Shown: positions 1-12,965 of the stretch, in pieces
Position numbering within the stretch: the first letter of the stretch is position 1
How the letters are laid out: each line of letters starts with the position of its first letter
Origin: Eledone cirrhosa
Taxonomy: Eukaryota
Direction: 5' to 3'
Length of the DNA stretch: 64,000 nucleotides
Assembly (NCBI GenBank): GCA_964016885.1
Contig: OZ024749.1
Coordinates: 6,076,001-6,140,000, forward strand
Notes under the pieces: model-generated
Told to the model about the DNA's origin: nothing
Seen by the model: the letters and a program-made list of their open reading frames with translations, nothing else
Database searches by the model: none
Translations under genes and position numbers: made by a program

Positions 1-293
1 ACAATCCAATCACCCCACCACCATCACTACAACATGACATGTAATAAGAAGACTACATGATGCAGGGTGGTTTTATCGTAACATCTTTCAAACGTTATAA
101 AAGTACAGCTTCACCTCAGCTGTCATGAGGTGAAGACACCATCCAGCTAATTAGTAAAGAGATAACGAGTGTATTTCATTAATAGAGGTTAATTATAGGC
201 ACATATATAAATGTATGGTTAAGCTGTGCACTTTGCAAGCAGGTGTTTTTAAATTCTTGTGAGTGAGATTTGGCAAAAAGAAACTGCAGAAGT

Positions 294-358
<65 letters not shown>

Positions 359-446
359 ATAATAATAAATTTGAAGACTAAAATCCAAAGAGGCCTTGAT
401 AAGAATAAATATATATCAAATATATAAGAACCGTAGAGCAAATATT

Positions 447-586
447 TATTAAAATAAGATATTAAAGTTTAAGCAAAGAATTGCTGCTTTCACCCTTAAC
501 GGGATCTTCTGAAACAGTTTCAGAAGATCCCGTTAAGGGTGAAAGCAGCAATTATTTGCTTAAACTTTAATCTGTTATTTTAATAA
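447..586. mobile_element. Fold-back (palindromic) hammerhead element, family A, between (TA)n tracts; one-sided tail about 356-446
   Basis: Near-perfect inverted repeat centred at about 515/516; each arm carries a hammerhead-like fold; (TA)n at 296-355 and 591-617. Confidence 0.8.
516..566 (+). ncRNA. Type I hammerhead-like motif with U4A core variant
   Basis: agttt-CAGAAGA-tccc gttaa gggt-GAAA-gca..tgc-TT-aaact: stems I, II and III all pair; mirror copy on minus strand at 466-515. Confidence 0.6.
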
Positions 587-617
587 CTAAATATATATAT
601 ATATATATATATATATA

Positions 618-730
618 GTGCAAATTTGGACGGCAACAAAACAGAGAAGCAGACAAATAAAGGTTTGTTAGGTTCACGCTCTTGAGAGTGGGGGGGGACG
701 TTTCGGGCATAAGCCCTTCTCCAGGAGGAA
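618..730 (-). mobile_element. PLE pLTR-like fragment with degenerate minimal hammerhead (family B)
   Basis: Minus strand CTGGAGA-a-gggc ttat gccc-GAAA-cg-TC; homologous to 3283-3405. Confidence 0.6.
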
Positions 731-1495
731 ATAGGTTAGGAAGAGAGTTCCGAGGGTGTGTGGAGGAGGGGTGGAAATAAATTTAGAAATAAGGGGGAAG
801 GAGAACAAATAAAAATAAAAATAAATGTAAAAATAAATATAAGAATAAACAATAAAATGAACAAGTGGTGGAAGGGTCTGAGGTGTGTAAGGGTGGTGAC
901 GGGTGGAGTTAGGAGAGGGGGGTGCGGGGTCAAAGCGGGGAAGGCTGAAGGTGCTGTTTGTGTATGTGTGTAGGCGTACGTATGTGTGTGTGCATGTGTA
1001 TGTGAGAATTGGAGGAAGAACGAGGTTCCATGTTCAGGAAAAGGTGTGTGCGTTGGGTGGGGTGTAAGTCGGTGTGTGCGCATGCATGTGGAAGGAGAGG
1101 GGTCAGGGGGTGGGGAAGGGGCGTGTGGATTCCGGAGGTTGAGTGTGTATATGTGGGGATACGCACATGTGTGTTTGTGTTTATACGTGGTGTGGATGTA
1201 GGCGGCGTAGTGCGAAAAAAAAGGTGAGTGAATTTGTGGGTAAGTTCCTGAGGTATTTCCATCGAGAGTGCGAAGAGATGCTGGATATTTATCATGTTAT
1301 GGAGAGGATGCATATATATATATATACATACTTTGTATATCTTGCTCTACATATATTCATAAACATTCCTATTAGGATGTCATAACTTTCTATAAATTGT
1401 ACGTATTCTTATATAGGGTTTATTGTAATAAATCTTGAATATTTGAGCTGCATAACTTCTCCACACACAATTATTTTTGAAAACGAATTACTTTA

Positions 1496-1548
<53 letters not shown>

Positions 1549-1553
<5 letters not shown>

Positions 1554-1844
1554 AAGTTAAATAAAAATCAAATGTTTAAAATTTAGCTTCGTTTGTTACT
1601 GCTATATATATTTCAGTGACAGCCATCTTTGGCTGTGACCTCTTCAGGCAGTTTGAAGAGGTCACAGCCACAGATGGCTGTCACTGAAATATATATAGCA
1701 GTAATAAACGAAGCTAAATTTTAAACATTTGACTTTTTATTTCACTTTATTTTACGTTACTCCGGTGTAACCAAACCAACCTGCGCACTTCGTTGAGTGC
1801 TCCAGCCTGCATACTGAGGTGTTGGTGTACAACCAACATATACT

Positions 1845-1848
<4 letters not shown>
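1549..1848. mobile_element. Fold-back hammerhead element, family C (IR 1549-1753 plus tail 1754-1848)
   Basis: About 100-bp inverted arms; (TA)n on both sides; second copy at 57397-57802 in opposite orientation. Confidence 0.85.
1598..1652 (-). ncRNA. Type I minimal hammerhead ribozyme
   Basis: actgc-CTGAAGA-ggtcacagcc aaaga tggctgtcact-GAAA-tatata-TA-gcagt; 5-bp stem I, palindromic short stem III. Confidence 0.8.
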
Positions 1849-1898
<50 letters not shown>

Positions 1899-1900
<2 letters not shown>

Positions 1901-2099
1901 GTTATTCCAGGTTGAATTGGAGGTAACCACAGTAAGTAAGGTACTCAATACATAGTAGAGTATAAAAGTTTTAATATAGATGAGATTCTACTGGACTAGA
2001 ACTGTTTCATTCTTTAGAAATCTTCAGAAATCCGAGTTTCCTGATGATTTCTAAAGAATGAAACAGTTCTAGTCCTGTAGAATATCATCTATATTAAAA

Positions 2100-2102
<3 letters not shown>
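1899..2102. mobile_element. Fold-back hammerhead element, family D (tail about 1899-1965, IR about 1966-2102)
   Basis: Inverted arms around 2031-2036; (TA)n flanks; other copies at 63118-63290 and a fragment at 3105-3145. Confidence 0.85.
2038..2082 (+). ncRNA. Type I hammerhead ribozyme
   Basis: ttc-CTGATGA-t ttc taaa gaa t-GAAA-cag ttctagtc ctg-TA-gaa; GUA cleavage triplet. Confidence 0.75.
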
Positions 2103-2154
<52 letters not shown>

Positions 2155-2429
2155 AGAAAAAATGAAACGGAATTTCATTTCCCACTCTTAGTACGGCTGT
2201 TACTTAAATGTAAGTATGTATACGTACATACATATATGTATACAGACGTACAGTAGTATGTATATATATATGTATGTACGTATACATACATGCACACATA
2301 TATATATATGTACGTATGGATTCACCAAACATTTATTATAATGTTCGGTGTGTTTGTAAACAAACATCCCGTATTAAGCCGTAGTGTCTAGCAACCATCG
2401 TTGCTCGTTTGTTCAACACTGACAAAGGA

Positions 2430-2472
2430 ACGTTGTACTAGTTTCAAGCTTGTTAGCTATCATCAGCAACGT
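2430..2472 (-). ncRNA. Type I minimal hammerhead ribozyme (family E)
   Basis: acgttg-CTGATGA-t agct aaca agct t-GAAA-ctag-TA-caacgt; 6-bp stem I, palindromic ACTAGT stem III; host repeat 2151-2660 recurs at 6031-6140 and 29765-29990. Confidence 0.85.
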
Positions 2473-3233
2473 ATACCTTCCTGCCAGATAGTTGAACGTC
2501 CGAAAGTATATACTTTCCTTATGCATATTAACGGCTGAGCAGCCTAAATTGCATATTGAGTGGGTTAATCGGCCGGGTGCACCGAAAACGATAAAAGGAA
2601 AAAATGAAACGAAATTTCATTTCCCACTCTTAGTACGGCTGTTACTTAAATATAAGTATGCAGAAGTAGAATCAGCTGGATCCATACAAGGACCACGTCT
2701 CAGGCTACCTGCCAGAGAAACAATTGTAACACGCAATAAATTAAGTCCAGATGCATCACTGATTTTTCGTTTTCTTTATAATATATATATATATATATAT
2801 ATATAAATATCATTGATTTGTTTCTGGGAATCCAAAATCAACACTCCAAGTTGCGCAATAAGCAAGTCAGTAATGTATACTAAGATCAAACATAGGCATC
2901 CCTTTTTCAGCAGGCGTTTCTTTCAGTATAACCAACATCTCGGCCTGATGACTCCACTGTCATGTACTGTAGTATCAGCTATGGCAGTAGATTCATGAGT
3001 TCTTTCTCAAGAAAGGATTCACATCTGGGTTTTTGGCGGGCAAATTCAAAAGTGTGAACAAAGGAATCTATTCACAGCCTCCAAAGTAAGCTTATATAAC
3101 ATCTTTAATATAGAAATGGCTTCTACAGGACTAGAACTGTTTCATATGTGCGTGCATGAGTGTTTATATACATTTGTATATACTTATATATATATATGTG
3201 TGTGTGTCTGTATGTATGTATATATAAATATAT

Positions 3234-3282
<49 letters not shown>

Positions 3283-3370
3283 GGAAAAATTTGAACAGGA
3301 ACAAAACAGAGAGGCAGTACAACGAATGTTTATTAATTTCACACTCTGGAGAGTGGGGTGGTGGTGGGGA

Positions 3371-3402
3371 ACGACGTTTCGGGCATAAGCCCTTCCTCAG
3401 GT
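3371..3402 (-). ncRNA. Minimal hammerhead motif (family B)
   Basis: ac-CTGAGGA-a gggc ttat gccc-GAAA-cg-TC-gt, the GAAACGTC form typical of PLE minimal hammerheads; stem I only 2 bp. Confidence 0.65.
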
Positions 3403-3833
3403 GAGAAGTGTGTGGGAACAGAGTATATATATAAAATTAGAATTGGTGCTCTGAAATAGCGATATATATATGAATGTATATATAGTGTATTTTGCAATAC
3501 ACTGTCTGCTTAATTAAAAGCATTTTGAAGACCTTACGCTATTGTTTTAGAGTAGTGACAGTCTCACTTACTTTAAATTTTCAGCAAACAGGGGGAGATA
3601 AAGCTGACAGAGCTCTGTTTTGTACTATTTGATACTTATCAAAGCTAAGTACTCCACCTGTCTGCTGAAAATCATGAATGTTTGATTCTTATAGAATTCT
3701 AGTAATAATCAGGAACTGATTATACAGAGCAGTTGCCGGTCAAGCAGAAATTGAAAATTAGAATTGGTGCTCTGAAATTTCTGCTTGACTGGCAACCAGG
3801 TATGTCAACATTTATAAAACATATTTTGTATTG

Positions 3834-3888
3834 TATCTGATGAAAGTGCACCAAAATTGCCTTGGTTGCCCTTGAAATATATATAATA
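3834..3888 (+). ncRNA. Minimal hammerhead motif (family F)
   Basis: tat-CTGATGA-aag tgca ccaa..ttgg ttgc cctt-GAAA-tatata-TA-ata. Confidence 0.6.
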
Positions 3889-4026
3889 AAATAATTATGG
3901 TTTTATAAATATAGTTTCCATTTATTAATAAATTGAATATTTACTCCAGTAAACTGTTGAGTGCTTTATATCAGTTATGAAACTTTTAAGCTTGTTGAAT
4001 TCCAACAAATTAAATATAACTTCTGC

Positions 4027-4061
4027 ATATATATACATATATATATGTGTGTGTGTGTGTT

Positions 4062-4148
<87 letters not shown>

Positions 4149-4219
4149 ATATATATATGTATATATATATATATATGTGTGTGTGTATGTGTGTGCGTGT
4201 TCATATATATATGTGTGTG

Positions 4220-4271
<52 letters not shown>

Positions 4272-4290
4272 TATATACATATATATATAT

Positions 4291-4373
<83 letters not shown>
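4027..4373. repeat. (TA)n/(TG)n compound microsatellite (one of many in the window)
   Basis: Direct reading; source of the YIYI ORFs. Confidence 0.95.
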
Positions 4374-4378
<5 letters not shown>

Positions 4379-4836
4379 TGGAATTTCGTTTTTCTAAAGA
4401 AATATGGTATGTTTATAAATAAACATTTAGAAAGCCGTAACTATCCAACAACAGGGTAACAGAGATAAAAACGATGATGATGATGATACATATTTGTGTG
4501 TGTGTGTTTCTGATTATATGTATATATTTATATGTAGTCTCTCTCTATATATATAAATATATATCAACATAATGATGATATCAGCAAATTATTTCTATTG
4601 ATATCATCAGTTTAATTGCCATAGTCTTCCTCACTGAATATTTCATATAACACTCAACATTTACTTTCCAAATCTCGTGACATTTAGCCATTCTTTTTTT
4701 ACACTAGATATCTTGTTTCTCCGCTTGTTTTAAGCATCAATATAGATAGTTGTTGCAGTACCATTTGAAACTAAACAAAACACTGCAGGCAACATTACAC
4801 AGTTGTATTAGGTATTTATATATACATATATTTATA

Positions 4837-4890
<54 letters not shown>

Positions 4891-4917
4891 AAAGAATAGA
4901 GGTGTAACACACGTTTA

Positions 4918-5089
<172 letters not shown>

Positions 5090-5558
5090 TTTGTGTGCGA
5101 GTGTATAATTTAACACTTGGTAATTAAGCATACATTTTCATGAAATACTTAACTTTCATTATGTTAGTAGGTGAATTTCAATTCCTTTGAAAGTGCTTGC
5201 TTTCTTGATTTTGCTTACTTTCAGTGCTTATAATAACTGAAAAAAGACATTATGGTATAGCACAAAAGATGCATACACTATGATAACAGGACCAACAAAT
5301 GCAGGCTCCACAGATTCCAAAAATGTCTATTTTTGAAGAATCCATAAGACACTACTGTATGCCTAAATACCAAAAGTGAATTCTTCAAACCCTGTCCATC
5401 TCCATGTAAATGTTTTAATTGAGCCCATATGTCTAAAGTACAGATCATTGCTGAAGTCATGTCTATTACAACAATTTAGACTATGAACCAATCTTCTGTG
5501 AAACATATGTGATGCATGGTATACAATAAAACATTTTAAAGTGAAACTTCAACATATC

Positions 5559-5622
<64 letters not shown>

Positions 5623-5679
5623 AGTGAAATGACAGGAGACCAAATATGATGAATTTCCTTATTTTTTTTATTACTGTGA

Positions 5680-5737
5680 ACACTATGCACATTTCGGTGG
5701 TCAGGTTGCGTAAGAACCCGGGGACATCATCAGGTGT
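5680..5737 (-). ncRNA. Type I minimal hammerhead ribozyme (family G)
   Basis: acac-CTGATGA-..cgggtt cttacgc aacctg..-GAAA-tgtgca-TA-gtgt followed by AATAAA; between (TA)n tracts. Confidence 0.7.
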
Positions 5738-5859
5738 AAATTGCGTAATAGATGTATACTAATGGAATGATGGTAAACTTTACGGAAACAAGCAAAGGAA
5801 AATTTTAAATGTATATATATATATATATATATATATGTAAGCAGGAGCATTTTAAGCTA

Positions 5860-5897
<38 letters not shown>

Positions 5898-5948
5898 TAA
5901 GCAGGAGCATTTTAAGCTACTTTATATATATATATATATATATACATA

Positions 5949-6020
<72 letters not shown>

Positions 6021-6153
6021 TATATATATAAACGGAAAATATGAAACAAAATTTCATTTCTCACTCTTAGTACGACTGTTACTTAAATATAAGTATGTAT
6101 ACGTACATACATATATGTATACAGACGTACAGTAGTATGTATATATATATATA

Positions 6154-6491
6154 AATTCTCAGACCGGGTGATGTGTTGTTTCCTTGAGCAAGACACTTTA
6201 TTTCACATTGCTCCACTTTACTCAGCTGTAAAAATGAGATGGTAGGGACTAGGGTCCATATCATTCCACTGCAAAGTAGACGTGTAGGCGTCACGGAAAA
6301 AAAGCACCCAGCACTCAGTGTAAATGAGGTTGGTGTTAGGGAGGGCATCCAGCTGCAGAAACGAAGCCAGAATCAGTTCCCGTATGGGCAAGACATGGTC
6401 AGCTAACTGGACACTGCCCACAACAGGACAACCCATGCTAACGTGGAAGAACGGACATAAAACCTTGATGATGATGATGATGATGATGATG
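6154..6491 (+). mobile_element. tRNA-derived SINE, 5'-truncated, (GAT)n tail
   Basis: Matches body of 11812-12097 (ccttgagcaagacactttatttcac ... ggtgttagg(a)agggcatccagctg); inserted after (TA)n. Confidence 0.85.
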
Positions 6492-7044
6492 AAATCAAGC
6501 ATTGGAAGGTATTTAGTAAAATAAATACCTTTCTAATGCTGAAACAATCTAAGGTTCAAAATTCTAACAAAAGTGTCATCTGGTGACAGGAGGCAGGATT
6601 TGAACAAGATGTGGGGTAACAATATCAAATGATACATATATATAAATATAGTAAAATAAAAAATATATAATATTTATTTATACATAGTATATATTATGTT
6701 ATATTTATTATATATCAATTAACAATTTTATTTATATATTATTTACAATTTGTGTATAGGCAGGTCTCTCTGGAAATAGGGTTGGGGTGCTGAGAGTATT
6801 ACATAGCCGAATAGAGCTTGAGAACCTCTGATGTAGAGGTTGGTTCCTATGGCTGGATACCCACCCTAATGCCAACCACTTTACAGTATGTTATTTGAAC
6901 ATTTTTACCATGCCTGCAGCATTTCCTCTCACATAGTAGACTGGGTGCATTTTTCATAACACCAGCACTTCCACATTACAAGTTGGACTTGCTGCTTTTT
7001 TGTGGCACCAACACTTATACCCTACAGTGCTGAGTGAGTGCTTT

Positions 7045-8070
7045 TATCATGGTACCAGCACCACCACCTTATAGAATGGACTGGGTGTATTTTATTATGG
7101 TACCAGCACTACCATCTTATATAATGGGCTGGGTGTATGTTATCATGGTACCAGCACTACCACCTTATAGAATGGGCCGGGTGTATTTTATCATGGTACC
7201 AGCACTACCATCTTATAGAATGGGCCGGGTGTATTTTATCATGGTACCAGCACTACCATCTTATAGAATGGGCCGGGTGTATTTTATCATGGTACCAGCA
7301 CTACCACCTTATAGAATGGAGTGGGTGTATTTTATCATGGTACCAGCACTACCATCTTATATAATGGACTAGGTACATTTTATCATGGTACCAGCACTAC
7401 CACCTTATAGAATGGACTAGGTACATTTTATCATGGTACCAGCACTACCATCTTATATAATGGACTGGGTGTATTTTATCATGGTACCAGCACTACCACC
7501 TTATAGAATGGACTGGGTGTATTTTATCATGGTACCAGCACTACCACCTTATAGAATGGAGTGGGTGTATTTTATCATGGTACCAGCACTACCATCTTAT
7601 ATAATGGACTAGGTACATTTTATCATGGTACCAGCACTACCACCTTATAGAATGGACTAGGTACATTTTATCATGGTACCAGCACTACCACCTTATAGAA
7701 TGGACTAGGTACATTTTATCATGGTACCAGCACTACCACCTTATAGAATGGACTAGGTACATTTTATCATGGTACCAGCACTACCATCTTATATAATGGA
7801 CTGGGTGTATTTTATCATGGTACCAACACTACCATCTTATATAATGGACTGGGTACATTGTATCATGGTACCAGCACTACCATCTTATATAATGGACTAG
7901 GTACATTTTATCATGGTACCAGCACTACCATCTTATATAATGGACTGGGTGTATTTTATCATGGTACCAGCACTACCACCTTATATAATGGACTGGGTAC
8001 ATTGTATCATGGTACCAGCACTACCACCTTATATAATGGACTGGGTACATTGTATCATGGTACCAGCACT
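7045..8070. repeat. 48-bp minisatellite, about 21 copies
   Basis: Unit tttatcatggtaccagcactaccaccttatagaatggactgggtgtat; gives the 16-aa periodic ORFs. Confidence 0.95.
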
Positions 8071-8354
8071 AAATAAACAGTTTAATATCATAGAATCAAG
8101 TGTAAATTCAAAAGAATTTAATATAATTTTGATAAAAGAAATATAGTCTACACTGAATCTTCCTTTAGATTGTCTTAAGGATACACGTGTCTGTGAAAGG
8201 CTTAGCCACTTGAACATTACTTTCCCAATTGGAGTGTTGACTTGATGAAAGAGCTAGTACACACATCCATCATTGGAGGTCAAATACACAAGATGGCTAA
8301 AATCCTCAGATTTGTGCTATAGTATGCTAGAGGTTCATTTACAATACACTAGTA

Positions 8355-8640
8355 TTTTATCCTACACTACACTATAGCTCCTTAGTTCTATTCTACAGTA
8401 CACTATAGGCTTGTTCTACACTATACTATAATTTCTATAGCTCTATTCTACAGTATACTATAGGCTTGTTCTACACTATACTATAGTTTCTATAGCTCTA
8501 TTCTACACTATACTATATGCTTGTTCTACAATATACTATATGTTTGTTCTACTCTACACTATAGCTTCTGTAGCTCTATTCTAAAGTACACTATAGGCTT
8601 CTTCTACACTATATTATTTGCTTGTTCTACACTACACTAT
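8355..8640. repeat. Degenerate short-unit tandem repeat (ctacactatactata core)
   Basis: Repeated ttgttctacactatactatag motifs. Confidence 0.75.
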
Positions 8641-9006
8641 TGCATCACCACCAAACCCTTGGTGCTGTGTCAGTAATATTAGTAAAGGGAGCACCACAGT
8701 TAATAACCATATAATTCATATCTATGATCTTACAGATAACACAATTTCTCTATCTGAAATGTTTTTTTAATCAAATTTTCTGATAGAATTTCTATTACTA
8801 TTCCATACGAAACAGTTTTTCTCAATCTAAAATTGTTCTATAATTAAAATTGATTTACAATATAATATTTTATGAAATTATTCTGTGAAAAGTAATTTCC
8901 ATAAAAGTTCATTAAGAAGTCAGTTTGATTAAAAAAAGACATTAGATTGAAGGCATGCCACACAGGCATAAAATCAATTATATATATATATACATGTATG
9001 TATATA

Positions 9007-9048
<42 letters not shown>

Positions 9049-9073
9049 TCCGGTTCATGATATCCGGTTAATT

Positions 9074-9104
<31 letters not shown>

Positions 9105-9761
9105 ACATATATATGTGTGTGTGTGTGTGCAGAAGGGCATCTAAAATAAGATTTTTATGATAAACTTCTGTGATATATTTGAACAGGCAAAATATGATGG
9201 AAACTCAATGGAAATGATGTGACAGAACCACCTACAGGACTCAAACCCCACATCTGTTGCAGACAGGACAACTACCTGAAACACTACAATAAGATAAACT
9301 GAAATGTTATTGTTGTTTTTAAAATGTACAAGTACAGTTCTAATTTTGGCCCACTTTCTAACATTCTGCTCTATTTATTGACATTTTTCTGATACGTTTT
9401 AAGAAATTTATCTTCATGGAATTGTCTTGGATATTTAATATCCTGTGGCACATGAAACCTCATTAACAAGACATTATTGAAAAGCAAAAACAACACTATG
9501 ATTGCATCACATTAAAAATCAAAATCTTTAGAGTAATACTACAACTTTTCCCAATGATCTGTCCAGTAATAAATAAGTAGGTATAGATGTATATTCCTGT
9601 AACTCCTGACAGAATTGTAGAGGCACTATATTGACATATGGTGTTTCTTGACCATTTTAATCCAGGCGGAGCCCATCCCCCTCCAGGCCTGAATACAACA
9701 GATTTCTTCCAGAGAAAAATAGAAAGTGAGAGAGAAAGAAAATGGGAAAGAAATATAGAGT

Positions 9762-9925
9762 AAGAATTGACTCCAGTATTAGACTGGTACTTTTTTATCG
9801 ACCTCGAAAGGATGAAAGACAAAGTTGACCTATGTGGGATTTGAACTCCAAGAGCAGAGTACCAGAATGAATATCATAAAGCATTCTATAAGACGTTTTA
9901 ACGACTCTGCCAATTCGCCACCTAT
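9762..9925 (-). mobile_element. SINE family 2 (tRNA-like head, MetaSINE-like central domain)
   Basis: Reverse complement of 56281-56470 (gagttcaaatcc ... gtcgataaaa..gtaccag). Confidence 0.75.
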
Positions 9926-10415
9926 AATAAATATAGTATGAACTTTTAAATTACCAAACCGATTTTTAGATATTTTCTGCCAAATGTTTGAAGGTTATAA
10001 ATATATTTTGAAAAGTACAAAACAATTATGATTACATCACATTAAAAGGTAAAATCCTTACTCTAACACTGCAAATTTTCACAAGGACCTGTCCACTAGT
10101 AAACATACTATAAACATTTGAAGTAACAAACCTTAATCATTACAGGATGTTACGTGGTAAGTGATTTATAACTGAAATACAACTAAGAAACAGAACAAAA
10201 ATTTAAAAAAAATGGAAAATAACTGGCCTTTTAGACATAGAATAATATAATATGTAGAGAATGCACAGGACATTAGTTTTACTTTTGTAATACATAACAC
10301 ATATTTATACATATATAATATAAGATCAAAAGATGGTTAAAAGAGTTCCAAGTATTTTATTATGCACATTTCAAAAACAAATATCATCATGGGATGATAT
10401 CTGCATGTTCATCAG

Positions 10416-10529
10416 ATAAAATAGGGATACATGATATGAAGCTTAAAAAACACTTGTGAATAGTGTTGACTTAAAACTTCACTATTCACAAGTGTTTTTT
10501 AAGCTTCATATCATGTATCCCTATTTTAT
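10416..10529. repeat. Perfect 50-bp inverted repeat with 14-nt loop
   Basis: ataaaatagggatac...gaatagtg / cactattc...gtatccctattttat; short tail then (TA)n. Confidence 0.9.
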
Positions 10530-10556
10530 TGTGCTACAATAAAATTCACCTCCTAC

Positions 10557-10617
<61 letters not shown>

Positions 10618-10857
10618 TACACACACACAAACAAACACACATATATACATATAGTTATGTAATAAACAACATAAATCCTGGTGTCTAGACACCAGGATTT
10701 TTTCATTCTGATGATTGAAAGCAAAATTTTGTTGCTTTTAAGAAACAACTGGTAAATGAAATAATCGCCTTATGTTGTTTATTACATAACTATTAAGCTC
10801 TGTTACCTACATAGAGCACTCTTTTTTCCTGGACCTTTCCGACGGAATTACTTCATT

Positions 10858-10899
<42 letters not shown>

Positions 10900-10929
10900 T
10901 ATTAATAAATTTATATATCCATGTTGAAA

Positions 10930-11310
10930 CAAATGAGATCGTGTAGGTGTCACGACAAAAAAAAAAATCACACAGTCCATGCTGTAAATGTGGCCGTGTA
11001 GGCAACACGGTAAAAACCTCCCAGCCCCACACTGTAAATGTGGTTGGTGTTAGGAAGGGCATCCAACTGTAGAAAACCCGCCAGACAGTCCACGCTGTAA
11101 TGTGGCCGTGTAGGCAACACGGTAAAAACCTCCCAGCCCCACACTGTAAATGTGGTTGGTGTTAGGAAGGGCATCCAGCTGTAGAAAACCCGCCAGACAG
11201 TCCTATGCGAGCAAGACAACCACTCTTGCCTCAAGTGGGAAAACCCCCGTCCAAACCCATGCAAGCATGGAACACGGACGTTAAACAATGATGATGATGA
11301 TGATGATGAT
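10930..11310 (+). mobile_element. RTE 3'UTR-derived or SINE-like element with internal duplication, (GAT)n tail
   Basis: Matches 57120-57381, which follows an RTE ORF end. Confidence 0.8.
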
Positions 11311-11431
11311 ATACAGATATATATGTATATACATATATATATTGATAAATATATATATATACATATATATCAATGCATACATATGTACGTATATATTGAT
11401 ACATACATACATACATACATATATATATATT

Positions 11432-11650
11432 AGAATGGAAAACGAAAAATCAGTGATGCATCGGAACTCAATATATTGTGTTACAATTGTTTCCCCGGCA
11501 AACAGCTTGAGGTGAGATCCGTGTGTGGATCTACCTGACTCTAGACTCCCAGGTTCCTGAGACACGTCTATTGATTCTATAATACTCTGCTCCATAGGAG
11601 CATAGAGTGCTCAACCGGCAAACCGCTTATGGAAGCATCTTAGCTACCAT
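11432..11650 (-). mobile_element. pLTR-like repeat with degenerate long-stem-II hammerhead
   Basis: Minus strand gtgt-CTCAGGA...GAAA-caattg-TA-acac; homologous to 2670-2780; (TA)n flanks. Confidence 0.5.
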
Positions 11651-11714
11651 TAGACATATATATATATATATATATATATAGTATATATATACATATATAT
11701 ATTTATCACTAAAA

Positions 11715-11746
<32 letters not shown>

Positions 11747-11811
11747 GTATATATATTTATATATATATATTTATATATATATAAAGATATATGTATATAT
11801 ATATATATATA

Positions 11812-12097
11812 GGAGGCACATGGCTTAGTGGTTAGAGCATTGGCCTGGCAATCAAAAGGTTGTGAGTTCAATTCTCTGACCAGGTGATGTGTTGTTTCCT
11901 TGAGCAAGAATCTTTATTTCACAATGCTCAAGTTTACTCGGCTGTAGAAATGCCACGGCAAAAAAGCACCCAGCACTCACTGTAAATGAGGTTGGTGTTA
12001 GGAAGGGCATCCAGCTGTAGAAATCAAGTCAGAATCAGTTCCCGTCCCACCCTTGCAAGCAGGGAAAAGCAGACGTAAAATGAAATGATGATGATGA
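11812..12097 (+). mobile_element. tRNA-derived SINE family 1
   Basis: A box TGGCTTAGTGG, B box GAGTTCAATTC, RTE-like 3' tail, (GAT)n end. Confidence 0.9.
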
Positions 12098-12898
12098 TAT
12101 ATATATATATACAATATAATATAATATATTTTGGTTTTATTTTTAGATCTGAACTATATTATATTTATGGTTTGCCATAATCTTATTTGAAAAGGTTAAA
12201 ATACCATATTCCTCATTTTGAAATCTTTTTATTGATTTCTTGTAAATGCTCCAACTTGTGGAACTGTTGTGTCTTCAAGAAATTTAAATAAACATAATTT
12301 ATACATGTTGATTTGTCTTAGAAATTTCACTTTTTATAAATGTGTGTCGGGCAGAGGAAATGGAGGCCAGTATGTTGGATGTGGTGGTGATGGTGGTGGG
12401 GTGATTGTAATTGCGGGGTGGGGTGGGGGTGGGGGGTGGGTACATGGTTTGTCTGTGGAACAGAGGGAATGGGGACCAGCATGTTGAAGGTGGGAGTTGT
12501 GGTGGCGGGTGACTGTAACTGGGGTGGGGGGCAGTGGTTTGTTTGTGGGGTGGGGAGAGGGCAGTGGTTTGTGTGTGTGTCTGTGCATGAGCGTTGCTGT
12601 GTGTGCTTGTACATTTCAGTGTGGAATGTTTAGATGTGTGTATGCGTGTGTGTGTGGGGGGGGGGATGACATTTCTTTGTGTGGGCAGTTGTCTGTTTGT
12701 GTGTGTGAGTGTGTGGAATGTTGAGATGTGTGTGTAGGGGGAGGGGGTCAGTTGTTTGTGTGTAAAGGAACCAAATAAATATATATTTTAAAAAAAAAGA
12801 CTCCAGTTGCATTTTTGATTTCATCTTTTTTCCTTATACTTTCACTCGTGTAGGACACCTCGGGTTCTTTTTCATTTTGTAAAAAAACCTCACTTTCT

Positions 12899-12942
<44 letters not shown>

Positions 12943-12965
12943 TAGAGAGAGAGAGAAAGATGAGA

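Noticed and set aside
2940-3020. CTGATGA as a hammerhead core
   Set aside because: No properly placed GAAA, stem III or stem I
7045-8070. CRISPR-like regular array (also 18430-19640 and 23113-27678)
   Set aside because: Units are contiguous with no unique spacers; eukaryotic context and no cas genes
11812-11885. tRNA genes (also 42010-42075, 46466-46540, 63898-63970)
   Set aside because: A/B boxes run directly into SINE bodies or are decayed; no convincing acceptor stem
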